A DNA stretch of 62,888 nucleotides, counting the filler, from a bacterium (lineage in GTDB: Bacteria > UBP15 > UBA6099 > JAJRTR01): NCBI GenBank assembly GCA_024278215.1. It is 5 parts of 5 records of this genome, joined end to end, with 100 filler letters (N's around TTAATTAATTAA, not from the genome) between each part and the next. Parts side by side here need not be neighbours in the genome. Positions count along the whole stretch, not along the records: positions 1 to 22,952 come from JAJRTR010000033.1; positions 23,053 to 39,516 come from JAJRTR010000034.1; 3 more parts are not named here. The stretch is one strand, 5' to 3'. The translations under genes and the position numbers were made by a program. Shown here piece after piece: positions 19,780 to 27,962 of the stretch. How positions within the stretch are numbered: the first letter of the stretch is position 1; each line of letters starts with the position of its first letter. The notes under the pieces are model-generated. The model saw only the letters and a program-made list of their open reading frames with translations, was not told where the DNA came from and did not search any database.

Positions 19780-20997
19780 ATGTTTTTTATGTTGCTTAAA
19801 AAAATCGGATTTCTTTTTCCACTGTCGGAACTTGCCGTTATTATTATGTGCATATCTTTATCGCAGGTGAATTCATCTGCCCGGGATGCACGCGATGTTT
19901 TCGGTATTTCCGGCTCGATTACAGAAGTCCGGGTCTCCCCGGCCGGAACCTGCCGGGTGGTTGCCGGTCTCGGCTATCGCGACTCGGCTATTCCCGGCGC
20001 GACACTGCGTGTTGTCAGGAACGGACGCGAGATCGGCAGCGTCACACTTGACGAATCCGGGGCGGACACCTCGACGGGGATTTTTCATGCCGCTTGCGAA
20101 GGGTGCAGGCCCAAGGTGAAAGATAATGTTGTTATCACGGAATCTGTGCCGAAGCCTATGTTGCCCGAAATAATACTGCCTCCCGGAGACAGGGAAAAGA
20201 AGAAGCCGGAACTCCAACCCCCCGACGATAACTACAGAGCCCTCAGAGAGATATTCAAGGCTTTTCTCGCGGGTAGCCCACCGCAGCCGCCCGGTTACCC
20301 GCCGTCTGCAAATGGTAATACCGCCGACACAGAATGTCCCGGTAACATCTCCGCATTCGGTGATCCGGATGCCGATGTCGAGTCCGACATGTTTCTGAAA
20401 CCTGGTGATTATATCGTCATATCCAGCGATGTCGATCAGGAAAAGGAATGTGCGATTGTTGATAAGAACGGATATGTCGAATCAAAATATACCGGCAGAA
20501 TACAAGTAGCGGGACGCACAATCGCTCAAATCGAAAGGAAAATATTTCTCGAAAAGCCTGCCGCGGTCGCCGGCTTCGACATCTCTATCATCCCGCGCCG
20601 CAGCATGAGGATCGATAATCCCGGTGGCACGACAATTACCGTGCATCTCATGGGCGTTTTTTCACCGACGGGGGATTGCCTTCTGAAAAACAGTGCAAGA
20701 ATGGAGGAGGTAACAGATGAATGCGGCGTGCCGCTTCCGGGATTCACAGGCCGCGCCCTGCTTGTCCGGTTCGCCCCCGGCGGCGGCAGCCTGCTGAGGT
20801 CGCGCGAACTTTCCATCCCTGTTGCTTCACCAGCACCTGCCGTACCTATGCAAGTTGCCGCACAGGATACACCTGCCACCGATGTCTCTCCCGAACTCCG
20901 TGACGGCGACATAATCTTTTTCCCCGCCTCCGGCCAACACCGCCGCGACTTCATCAACGAAGTGTTGCCATACCTGACGGCTCCCGCCGCCAGGTAA
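19780..20997 (+). CDS. Secreted protein with Wza-like polysaccharide-export and SLBB-like domains
   Basis: LKPGDYIVI...VDKNGYV...GRIQVAGRTIAQIERKI and ELRDGDIIFFP resemble Poly_export/SLBB; Pro-rich linker. Start uncertain. Confidence 0.55.
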   Translation: MFFMLLKKIGFLFPLSELAVIIMCISLSQVNSSARDARDVFGISGSITEVRVSPAGTCRVVAGLGYRDSAIPGATLRVVRNGREIGSVTLDESGADTSTGIFHAACEGCRPKVKDNVVITESVPKPMLPEIILPPGDREKKKPELQPPDDNYRALREIFKAFLAGSPPQPPGYPPSANGNTADTECPGNISAFGDPDADVESDMFLKPGDYIVISSDVDQEKECAIVDKNGYVESKYTGRIQVAGRTIAQIERKIFLEKPAAVAGFDISIIPRRSMRIDNPGGTTITVHLMGVFSPTGDCLLKNSARMEEVTDECGVPLPGFTGRALLVRFAPGGGSLLRSRELSIPVASPAPAVPMQVAAQDTPATDVSPELRDGDIIFFPASGQHRRDFINEVLPYLTAPAAR

Positions 20998-21145
20998 GAT
21001 TATCTCAACGGCTCTGTCTCGGAATCTGCAATGGAAACGAAAAGAATTCCCCGGACTTCCACCTCGGTCCGGGGTTGTGACACAACATCTGTGCGCCGTG
21101 CACAAACTGTTTCTGTCCGGGCACGACAACAGCCTTGATACTATT

Positions 21146-21323
21146 GAGCCAACTGCAAAATTCTGATTCTGCTGCGGTCGGCTGCTATTGTCCATAGCTG
21201 CGTTGTCGGCACAAAATCGTCCTCGACGTACTCTACAAGTACGCCTGCGGGGATTTTACACCTCCGCCTTGCTCTGAACAATTTCGCTCGACCTCGCTAC
21301 TAACATAATTTTGCAATTGGCTC
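21146..21323. mobile_element. 178-bp MITE-like non-autonomous element
   Basis: 17-bp terminal inverted repeats GAGCCAAYTGCAAAATT (1 mismatch), TATT direct repeat on both flanks, internal hairpin GCGTTG..GACGTAC..GTACGCC..GCCTTG. Confidence 0.7.
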
Positions 21324-21448
21324 TATTCTATAGAGGGATCGCCGGATCACGCAAAAAAGAAACTGGATTCCCGCTTTTGCAGATATACAATAACTGCAAT
21401 AATACGGAGTGCAAAACGAATCTTCCAAATATGGGAAAATACCTGTTT

Positions 21449-21477
21449 TTGACACTGCTGAAAAGCTGTGCAATAAT
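21449..21477 (+). promoter_or_regulatory. Candidate sigma70 promoter of the MerR/RacA-like gene
   Basis: TTGACA-17-AATAAT with a TG extended -10 element. Confidence 0.45.
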
Positions 21478-21538
21478 AATTAGTATTTCAGGACAATATT
21501 ATATAAAAATACATTCAGATTAGCCGGGGTGAAACAGT

Positions 21539-22465
21539 TTGGCCAGACTTCTCACATTAAAGGAAATTGCGAAAGAACTGGAAGTCCCTGAAAGTTCGTT
21601 GCGTAAATACCGCGAGATATTCAGTCCGTTTATCCCCTCTGTCGGCACAGGCCGCTCCCGCAGATACAGGGCGGAGGCGAAGGAAGTGCTCAAAGATATC
21701 CGCGAAATGCGCGAGGAAATGCACATGCCCTGGGACGCTATCTCGGAACAGCTCGGCGAAAAATATCCCATCGACGGCACGCCGCCGCAGGATGACATGC
21801 GGCAACAATGCCCGCCGCCGTTCACGCCGCAGGCGCAACAACCGCCGGTCGCGAATCAGCAGGATGCAATGCAGTTTCCGCTCCCCGCGCCGCAACAAAA
21901 TATGCAGCAGAGTCTCCAGCAACAGCAACAGTCTGTGGCAACCATGGCGGGAGGGTACCTCAAGAAGATGGCCGCCATGAGCGAGAAACAGATGATGATT
22001 ATCAACGCCATGGCGCTTGAACTCATGAGTTCCATCGAAGACATACGCGCCGAGGCGCGCGCCGAAACCGAAAAGATACAGAGAAGCATGAACAGGGCCA
22101 TCGAGGGTCTGGCGTCGAACGTGGCTACGCTGAGCAGGCAGGAGCGTGCGCTGCTTCGTGAGATACAGGGAAAACTCGACAGTGTCGACAAGTCGATAAA
22201 CAGGATAACTGCAAACGCAACGCCGTCGAATGAGGCCGATATCGACAGGGTCAAAAAGTCGGTGAAAGCGGTCCAGCAGAAACTCAAACAACGCGAGCAG
22301 ACACTTCAGGAATATAAGAAATCATTCGAGATATTGAAAAAGGAAAACAGTGAATTGAGGGAGTTCAAGCAAAGGCACCTCGATAGCGCGGAGGACCGCA
22401 TCCGCGAGGTCAAGGCATCGAAACATTCTTCGACTTTTAAGCGGATTCTCGGTTTTAAACCGTGA
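21539..22465 (+). CDS. MerR-type HTH plus coiled-coil protein (RacA/KfrA-like architecture)
   Basis: LTLKEIAKELEVPESSLRKY...GTGRSRRY HTH, Q/P-rich linker, long coiled coil, C-terminal FKRILGF. Confidence 0.75.
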   Translation: MARLLTLKEIAKELEVPESSLRKYREIFSPFIPSVGTGRSRRYRAEAKEVLKDIREMREEMHMPWDAISEQLGEKYPIDGTPPQDDMRQQCPPPFTPQAQQPPVANQQDAMQFPLPAPQQNMQQSLQQQQQSVATMAGGYLKKMAAMSEKQMMIINAMALELMSSIEDIRAEARAETEKIQRSMNRAIEGLASNVATLSRQERALLREIQGKLDSVDKSINRITANATPSNEADIDRVKKSVKAVQQKLKQREQTLQEYKKSFEILKKENSELREFKQRHLDSAEDRIREVKASKHSSTFKRILGFKP

Positions 22466-22952
22466 GCGGTTCGACGCCGGTTTTATCAAATACAATACCC
22501 GTTATTTTCATTACAACATCAGTGATGCCCAGGTTGTCCGTGTCGACGATAACCGAGTCGGCGGCAGGCTTCAGAGGCGAGTCGGCACGTGTGGAGTCGC
22601 GGTGGTCGCGCTCCCGCATTTCATCGAGCACTTTATCGTAATCGGCGTGCTTTCCGGCCAGGACGAGTTCTTTGTGTCGCCGTTTCGCTCTTTCCTCCGC
22701 CGATGCCGTGAGGAATATCTTCACTTCCGCGCCGGGCAACACGACTGTCGCTATGTCGCGGCCTTCCATCACCACTCCGCCACGTGCGCCCATCTGTTTC
22801 TGTTTGGCGACAAGCGCGCGCCGCACCGCGCTGAGGGCGGACACTTTCGACGCATAAGATGAAACGTCCGGCTCGCGTATCGCCGTAGTGACGTCCTCTC
22901 CATTCAGAAACACAGTATTCAGCAGATCGGGGGAGCCGGGTTGCATGCTGAA
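22455..22952 (-). CDS. cmk: Cytidylate kinase, C-terminal part (cut by contig end)
   Basis: VFLNGEDVT.AIR, VVMEGRDIATVVLP.AEVKIFLTASAEERAKRR, RDHRDSTRADSPL. Confidence 0.93.
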   Translation of the reverse strand, partial: FSMQPGSPDLLNTVFLNGEDVTTAIREPDVSSYASKVSALSAVRRALVAKQKQMGARGGVVMEGRDIATVVLPGAEVKIFLTASAEERAKRRHKELVLAGKHADYDKVLDEMRERDHRDSTRADSPLKPAADSVIVDTDNLGITDVVMKITGIVFDKTGVEPLTV

Positions 22953-23052
22953 NNNNNNNNNNNNNNNNNNNNNNNNNNNNNNNNNNNNNNNNNNNNTTAA
23001 TTAATTAANNNNNNNNNNNNNNNNNNNNNNNNNNNNNNNNNNNNNNNNNNNN
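22953..23052. other. Artificial contig linker
   Basis: N44-TTAATTAATTAA-N44, which places stops in all six frames. Confidence 0.99.
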
Positions 23053-23053
23053 A

Positions 23054-24259
23054 ATGGCAAAGCAAAAATACGAGAGAACGAAACCGCACGTAAACGTGGG
23101 GACGATAGGACATGTGGATCACGGGAAGACGACGCTGACGAGCGCGATGACGAGAATACTGGCATTGGCGGGACAGGCGGAGTTCATAGAATTCGACAAG
23201 ATCGACAAAGCGCCCGAAGAGCGCGAACGCGGGATAACGATAGCGACGGCGCATGTCGAGTATGAGTCGGAAACGCGGCACTACGCGCACGTGGATTGCC
23301 CCGGGCACGCGGACTACATAAAGAACATGATAACGGGAGCGGCGCAGATGGACGGAGCGATACTGGTAGTGGGCTCCGACGACGGACCGATGCCGCAGAC
23401 GCGGGAACATATACTGCTGGCGAGGCAGGTGGGAGTGCCGTCGATAGTGGTGTTCATGAACAAGATAGATATGGTGGACGACGAGGAATTGCTGGATCTG
23501 GTGGAGATGGAAATGAGGGAACTGCTCTCGAAGTATGAATTTCCGGGCGACGACACGCCGATAATCAGGGGAAGCGCGCTCAAGGCGCTCGAGAGCGAGA
23601 AGTGGGAAAAGGGATCGGACCCGTATGTGGACGCGATCTGGGAGCTGGTGAAGGCGATGGACGACTTCATCCCGATGCCCGAGAGGGACACGGACAAGCC
23701 GTTCCTGATGCCGGTGGAAGACGTGTTCAGCATCACGGGGCGCGGGACGGTGGCGACGGGACGAGTCGAGCGCGGAGTGGTGAACATCCAGGAAGAGATG
23801 GAGATAGTGGGACTGACGGAAGACACGCGCAAGACGGTGGTGACGGGAGTGGAGATGTTCCGCAAACTGCTGGACCAGGGTCAGGCGGGCGATAATGTGG
23901 GGTTGCTGCTGCGCGGAGTGGGCAAAGACGAGATCGAGAGGGGCCAGGTAATAGCGAAACCCGGATCGATCAAACCGCACAAGAGCTTCGAGGGCCGCGC
24001 GTACATACTGCAGAAGGAAGAAGGCGGACGCCACACTCCGTTCTTCAAGGGCTACCGGCCGCAGTTCTACTTCAGGACGACGGACGTGACGGGAGACATC
24101 ACGCTGCCCGAGGGAGTGGAAATGGTAATGCCGGGAGACGAAATAGAAATGAAAGTGGATCTGATAATGCCGATAGCGATGGAAGAGGGACTGCGGTTCG
24201 CTATCCGAGAGGGCGGCAGAACAGTCGGCGCCGGCGTCATCACAAAGATCATCGAGTGA
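23054..24259 (+). CDS. tuf: Elongation factor Tu
   Basis: [41 protein letters not shown]. Confidence 0.99.
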   Translation: MAKQKYERTKPHVNVGTIGHVDHGKTTLTSAMTRILALAGQAEFIEFDKIDKAPEERERGITIATAHVEYESETRHYAHVDCPGHADYIKNMITGAAQMDGAILVVGSDDGPMPQTREHILLARQVGVPSIVVFMNKIDMVDDEELLDLVEMEMRELLSKYEFPGDDTPIIRGSALKALESEKWEKGSDPYVDAIWELVKAMDDFIPMPERDTDKPFLMPVEDVFSITGRGTVATGRVERGVVNIQEEMEIVGLTEDTRKTVVTGVEMFRKLLDQGQAGDNVGLLLRGVGKDEIERGQVIAKPGSIKPHKSFEGRAYILQKEEGGRHTPFFKGYRPQFYFRTTDVTGDITLPEGVEMVMPGDEIEMKVDLIMPIAMEEGLRFAIREGGRTVGAGVITKIIE

Positions 24260-24281
24260 GAGATAAATTCGGAGATAATCC

Positions 24282-24310
24282 TTGACATAGGTTATCCGAT
24301 TATATAAAAT
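24282..24310 (+). promoter_or_regulatory. sigma70 promoter of rpmG
   Basis: TTGACA-17-TAAAAT. Confidence 0.75.
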
Positions 24311-24338
24311 GAAGTTTTGACTTCGGGGGTATTTAAGC

Positions 24339-24488
24339 GTGAGAATTCCTGTGACGATGATTTGTACGGAGTGTAAGAGCAAAAACTATTACACTTCGAA
24401 AAACAAGAACAACACGACGGTGAAGCTGGAACTGAAGAAGTATTGCAAGAAGGAAAGGAAACATACCCTGCACAGGGAAGGCAAGTAA
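24339..24488 (+). CDS. rpmG: 50S ribosomal protein L33 (49 aa, not in the ORF track)
   Basis: GTG start; MRIPVTMICTECKSKNYYTSKNKNNTTVKLELKKYCKKERKHTLHREGK; canonical position between tuf and secE. Confidence 0.95.
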   Translation: MRIPVTMICTECKSKNYYTSKNKNNTTVKLELKKYCKKERKHTLHREGK

Positions 24489-24542
24489 GCGACCTCTCGA
24501 AATGGTAGTTTCATGCCGGGATTATAGCAAAAGAAGATAAGG

Positions 24543-24572
24543 GACAGCTCCTTTTCGGAGGGGCTGTTATTT
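24543..24572 (+). terminator. Hairpin / terminator-like element after rpmG
   Basis: GACAGCTCCTT-TTCG-GAGGGGCTGTT followed by ATTT. Confidence 0.5.
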
Positions 24573-24582
24573 GCGAAAGAGA

Positions 24583-24656
24583 AGGCCTGTAGCTCCAACT
24601 GGCAGAGCACCGGACTCCAAATCCGGGGGTTGCAGGTTCGAATCCTGCCAGGCCTG
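24583..24656 (+). tRNA. trnW: tRNA-Trp (CCA); 3' CCA not encoded
   Basis: Acceptor stem AGGCCTG/CAGGCCT, anticodon arm CCGGA-CTCCAAA-TCCGG, T-loop GGTTCGAATCC; followed by TGTA. Confidence 0.96.
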
Positions 24657-24724
24657 TGTAAGGTACTGAAGGCGAGAGCCGGCCCGGAGCGCCGGAGCCC
24701 GGCGAAATGGGACGCGAGGACGAA

Positions 24725-24955
24725 ATGGCGAAGCAAAAGCAGAAAAGCAAGGAGAAGGAGACGAAGAATTACCTTGTTCTTGCCAGGACATTTCTTGAAG
24801 AAGTGGCGGCGGAAGCTAAGAAAGTTGTGTGGCCGAGCAGGGAGAGCCTGATACAGTCTTCTCTCACAGTACTCGCCGCAATGGTGATTCTGACGATATT
24901 CATGGCGGCGGCAGATTTTGTTTGGACTGAGGTAATTAGTTTAATCAGCGTTTAA
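24725..24955 (+). CDS. secE: Preprotein translocase subunit SecE
   Basis: FLEEVAAEAKKVVWPSR plus one TM helix; synteny. Confidence 0.93.
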   Translation: MAKQKQKSKEKETKNYLVLARTFLEEVAAEAKKVVWPSRESLIQSSLTVLAAMVILTIFMAAADFVWTEVISLISV

Positions 24956-24978
24956 AATCACGTAGTTTGGGGTCGATT

Positions 24979-25503
24979 ATGGCGAGCAGATGGTACGTTG
25001 TACACACATACTCAGGACACGAGAACAAGGTGAAGTTGAGTCTCGAGAGGCAGGTCGAGGCTCATGCCTTCGAGGATAAAATCGAGCAGATTCTGGTGCC
25101 CACCGAAGAGCGGGTAGAGATAAAAGGCACGCAGAGGAAGGTAGTAGAGAAAAAGATATTTAAAGGTTACATTTTTATAAAAATGGACCTTACGGATGAA
25201 ACCTGGTATATGGTCAGGAATACAGCCGGAGTGACGGGTTTTATCGGGGACGGGAGCCGGCCCACCCCGCTATCTGAAAACGAAGTAAACTTCATCCTCA
25301 AGAGGATGGGGCTCGAAGCGCCGCGGATAACGGTGAACTTCGATGAAGGAGAAGGTGTGAGAGTCCTCTTCGGACCTTTCGCCGACTATTCAGGTATAGT
25401 GAAGGAAGTGGACCTGAACCGGGAGAAGGTCGTAGTGCTGCTGTCTCTCTTCGGACGTGATACCCCAGTGGAGTTGGAATTCGACCAGGTAGAAAAAATA
25501 TAG
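24979..25503 (+). CDS. nusG: Transcription antitermination factor NusG
   Basis: WYVVHTYSGHENKVK, VRNTAGVTGFIG, KOW motif, FGRDTPVELEF. Confidence 0.98.
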   Translation: MASRWYVVHTYSGHENKVKLSLERQVEAHAFEDKIEQILVPTEERVEIKGTQRKVVEKKIFKGYIFIKMDLTDETWYMVRNTAGVTGFIGDGSRPTPLSENEVNFILKRMGLEAPRITVNFDEGEGVRVLFGPFADYSGIVKEVDLNREKVVVLLSLFGRDTPVELEFDQVEKI

Positions 25504-25599
25504 GGAAAAGAAACGCCGCACATATCGAGGTGCATAGGTGTGTGCGCGGCATAAGGTGCGCAAAACCGGTAGCATGTTGTTGAAAGGAAGATAAAGAAA

Positions 25600-26025
25600 A
25601 TGGCGAAGAAAGTAATAGGAATGATCAAGTTGCAACTGCCCGCCGGGCAGGGCAACCCCGCGCCCCCTGTGGGGCCGGCGCTGGGCCAGCACGGTGTAAA
25701 TATAATGGAGTTCTGCAAGGCATATAACGAACGCACAAAGGAAAAGGGCGGGCAGATCATTCCCGTGGAAATAACTGTCTTCGCGGACAGAAGTTTCAAG
25801 TTCATTACTAAGACACCGCCTGCTTCCGATCTGATAAAAAAGGAACTTAAAATTGACAAAGGGTCTACCGACCCGTCCCACATCGTCGCCGGTAAGATCA
25901 ACAGGGAAAGCCTGAAGAAGATAGCCGAAGTGAAGATGCAGGACCTGAACGCCATAGATATAGAAGGCGCAATGAAGATCATCGCGGGCACAGCCAGGAG
26001 CATGGGGCTGGAAGTTGTAGAATAG
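25600..26025 (+). CDS. rplK: 50S ribosomal protein L11
   Basis: [28 protein letters not shown]. Confidence 0.99.
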   Translation: MAKKVIGMIKLQLPAGQGNPAPPVGPALGQHGVNIMEFCKAYNERTKEKGGQIIPVEITVFADRSFKFITKTPPASDLIKKELKIDKGSTDPSHIVAGKINRESLKKIAEVKMQDLNAIDIEGAMKIIAGTARSMGLEVVE

Positions 26026-26073
26026 TATATTATCTGAAAAGACGCAGCATAGCCGGCAAAAGGAGAAGCAGAC

Positions 26074-26781
26074 GTGGCAAGGTTATCGAAAAAAATGAAG
26101 CAGCGCTGGGAAAGTTTACCCGGAAAAGAACATTATACGGCTCCGGAAGCGTTTGACGCGCTGAAAGGTTCATGCAGCGCCGCACCGTTGAAATTTGACG
26201 AAACGGTAGAAGCATATTTTCGACTTGGTATCGACCCGAAAAAGGCTGAACAGCAGCTCAGGGGAACATTCGTGCTGCCGCACGGGACGGGAAAAACGCC
26301 GCGGATACTGGTCTTTGCAACAGGAGACCTGGCGGAAGAAGCGAAAGAGGCCGGCGCCGACCATGTGGGAGGCGAAGAACTCGCCGAGAAGATACAGAAG
26401 GAAGGCTGGCTGGACTTCGACATAGCGATAGCGAGTCCTGACATGATGAGGGTATGCGGAAAGCTGGGCAAAGTGCTCGGGCCGCGCGGCCTCATGCCGA
26501 ACCCGAAAAGCGGAACAGTGACAAAGAATATAAAGGATACAGTAGACGAGTTTAAAAAAGGCAAAGTCGAATACAGAAACGACAAGTATGGAATCATCGC
26601 GGTTCCCATTGGCAAGGTATCGTTCGATTCGCAGCAGCTTGTCGAAAACTTCATGGCGCTATACCGCACGGTGGTCAAAGCGAGACCGTCCGCGGCCAAA
26701 GGCCAGTATATTAAATCAATAGCTATATCGTCGACAATGGGGGCCTCGCTGAAAATCGAGCCGGCTTCACTTCTCAAATAA
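26074..26781 (+). CDS. rplA: 50S ribosomal protein L1
   Basis: [34 protein letters not shown]. Confidence 0.99.
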   Translation: MARLSKKMKQRWESLPGKEHYTAPEAFDALKGSCSAAPLKFDETVEAYFRLGIDPKKAEQQLRGTFVLPHGTGKTPRILVFATGDLAEEAKEAGADHVGGEELAEKIQKEGWLDFDIAIASPDMMRVCGKLGKVLGPRGLMPNPKSGTVTKNIKDTVDEFKKGKVEYRNDKYGIIAVPIGKVSFDSQQLVENFMALYRTVVKARPSAAKGQYIKSIAISSTMGASLKIEPASLLK

Positions 26782-26832
26782 CAGGAATAACAGAATGAGC
26801 GGCCCGTAGCGGGCGGGAAAAAAGGAGCGTGA

Positions 26833-27375
26833 TTGTCCATGCCGTTGACACTGACGGAAAAGAAGGAACATCTCGAAGAGATCAAAGCAAAGATCGATGA
26901 AAATGATCTTATACTTTTCACGGACCCCATCGGGCTTGACGTGGCTATGGTCACAGACCTGAGAAATAAACTGCGGGAACAGGGTGTGGGGCTGAAAATA
27001 TATAAGAACACGCTTATCGGAAGAGCCATCGAGGAATCGGGGCAGGAAAGCCTGAAGCCGCTGAAGGACCATCTTACAGGCCCGACGGCGATAGCGTTTA
27101 CGAACGAAGACCCGATAGTCGCGACCAAAGTGATAGTGGATTTTGCCAGAGCAAACAACAATCTCACACTTAAGGCCGGAACATGCGAAGGCGAATTCTG
27201 GGATGTGAACAAGATGGAGGAATACTCCAAACTCGGTTCCAAATCGGCAATATACGCGAAGCTGGTCGGCGCACTCTACGGTCCGATATCGAAGTTGATA
27301 TATGTACTGGGTGGTCCGGGCAGCGAGCTTGTGGGCACATTGAAATCTATAGTCGAAAAAGATGAAAAAAAATAG
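26833..27375 (+). CDS. rplJ: 50S ribosomal protein L10
   Basis: LRNKLRE...KIYKNTL, LTGPTAIAF; synteny. Confidence 0.95.
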   Translation: MSMPLTLTEKKEHLEEIKAKIDENDLILFTDPIGLDVAMVTDLRNKLREQGVGLKIYKNTLIGRAIEESGQESLKPLKDHLTGPTAIAFTNEDPIVATKVIVDFARANNNLTLKAGTCEGEFWDVNKMEEYSKLGSKSAIYAKLVGALYGPISKLIYVLGGPGSELVGTLKSIVEKDEKK

Positions 27376-27404
27376 ATACTCGAAAATACAGGAGGTGAAA
27401 TGAG

Positions 27405-27782
27405 ATGGATGTACAGCAGGTATTTGACGAAATCAAGACAGCGACAATGGCAGAGGTAGGCGAACTGGCCGAGAAACTGCAGGATGAATTCGGAGTGTCG
27501 CCGATGGCGGCTATGCCGGCCGGAGGCATGATGCCGGCGGCAGGAGCAGAGGCGGCGGTCGAGGAAGAAAAGACGGAATTCGACGTTGTCATTACCGCAG
27601 TAGGCGAAAAGAAGATTCCGGTTATCAAGGCAGTCCGCGAGATAACGGACCTCGGACTTAAAGAGGCGAAAGCACTCGTGGATTCCGCACCAGCAGCAGT
27701 AAAGGAAGGTATCGCCAAAGAAGATGCCGAGAAATACAAGGAAAAGCTGGAAGAAGCGGGAGCAACCGTAGAATTAAAGTAA
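27405..27782 (+). CDS. rplL: 50S ribosomal protein L7/L12
   Basis: [41 protein letters not shown]. Confidence 0.99.
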   Translation: MDVQQVFDEIKTATMAEVGELAEKLQDEFGVSPMAAMPAGGMMPAAGAEAAVEEEKTEFDVVITAVGEKKIPVIKAVREITDLGLKEAKALVDSAPAAVKEGIAKEDAEKYKEKLEEAGATVELK

Positions 27783-27801
27783 GAGCGCACAGAAAAATGA
27801 T

Positions 27802-27837
27802 GAGGAGGCCGGCATAATATGGCGGACCTCCTCTTTT
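27802..27837 (+). terminator. Terminator/attenuator hairpin between rplL and rpoB
   Basis: GAGGAGG...CCTCCTC stem followed by TTTT. Confidence 0.6.
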
Positions 27838-27962
27838 GCGACCCAAAGTTAAGTCCATCGGCCCCGGAGTTACAAGCGGGGTGATGTTTTGATGTTTGCA
27901 GATGCCGCTTTTTTCCCATTTGTAAGACCGGCGGCTAAAACCCTACTTTTGAGGTGTTGTAA

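Noticed and set aside
22953-23052. TTAATTAATTAA palindromes within N runs (four places)
   Set aside because: Artificial six-frame-stop linkers, not biological; adjacency across them carries no information.
22997-24382. 461-aa antisense ORF over tuf
   Set aside because: Shadow ORF produced by the codon bias of tuf; no protein-like features, and it crosses the linker.
24583-24656. tRNA-Trp as an integration site
   Set aside because: No duplicated 3' end and no integrase; secE follows directly. The missing encoded CCA is common in many lineages.
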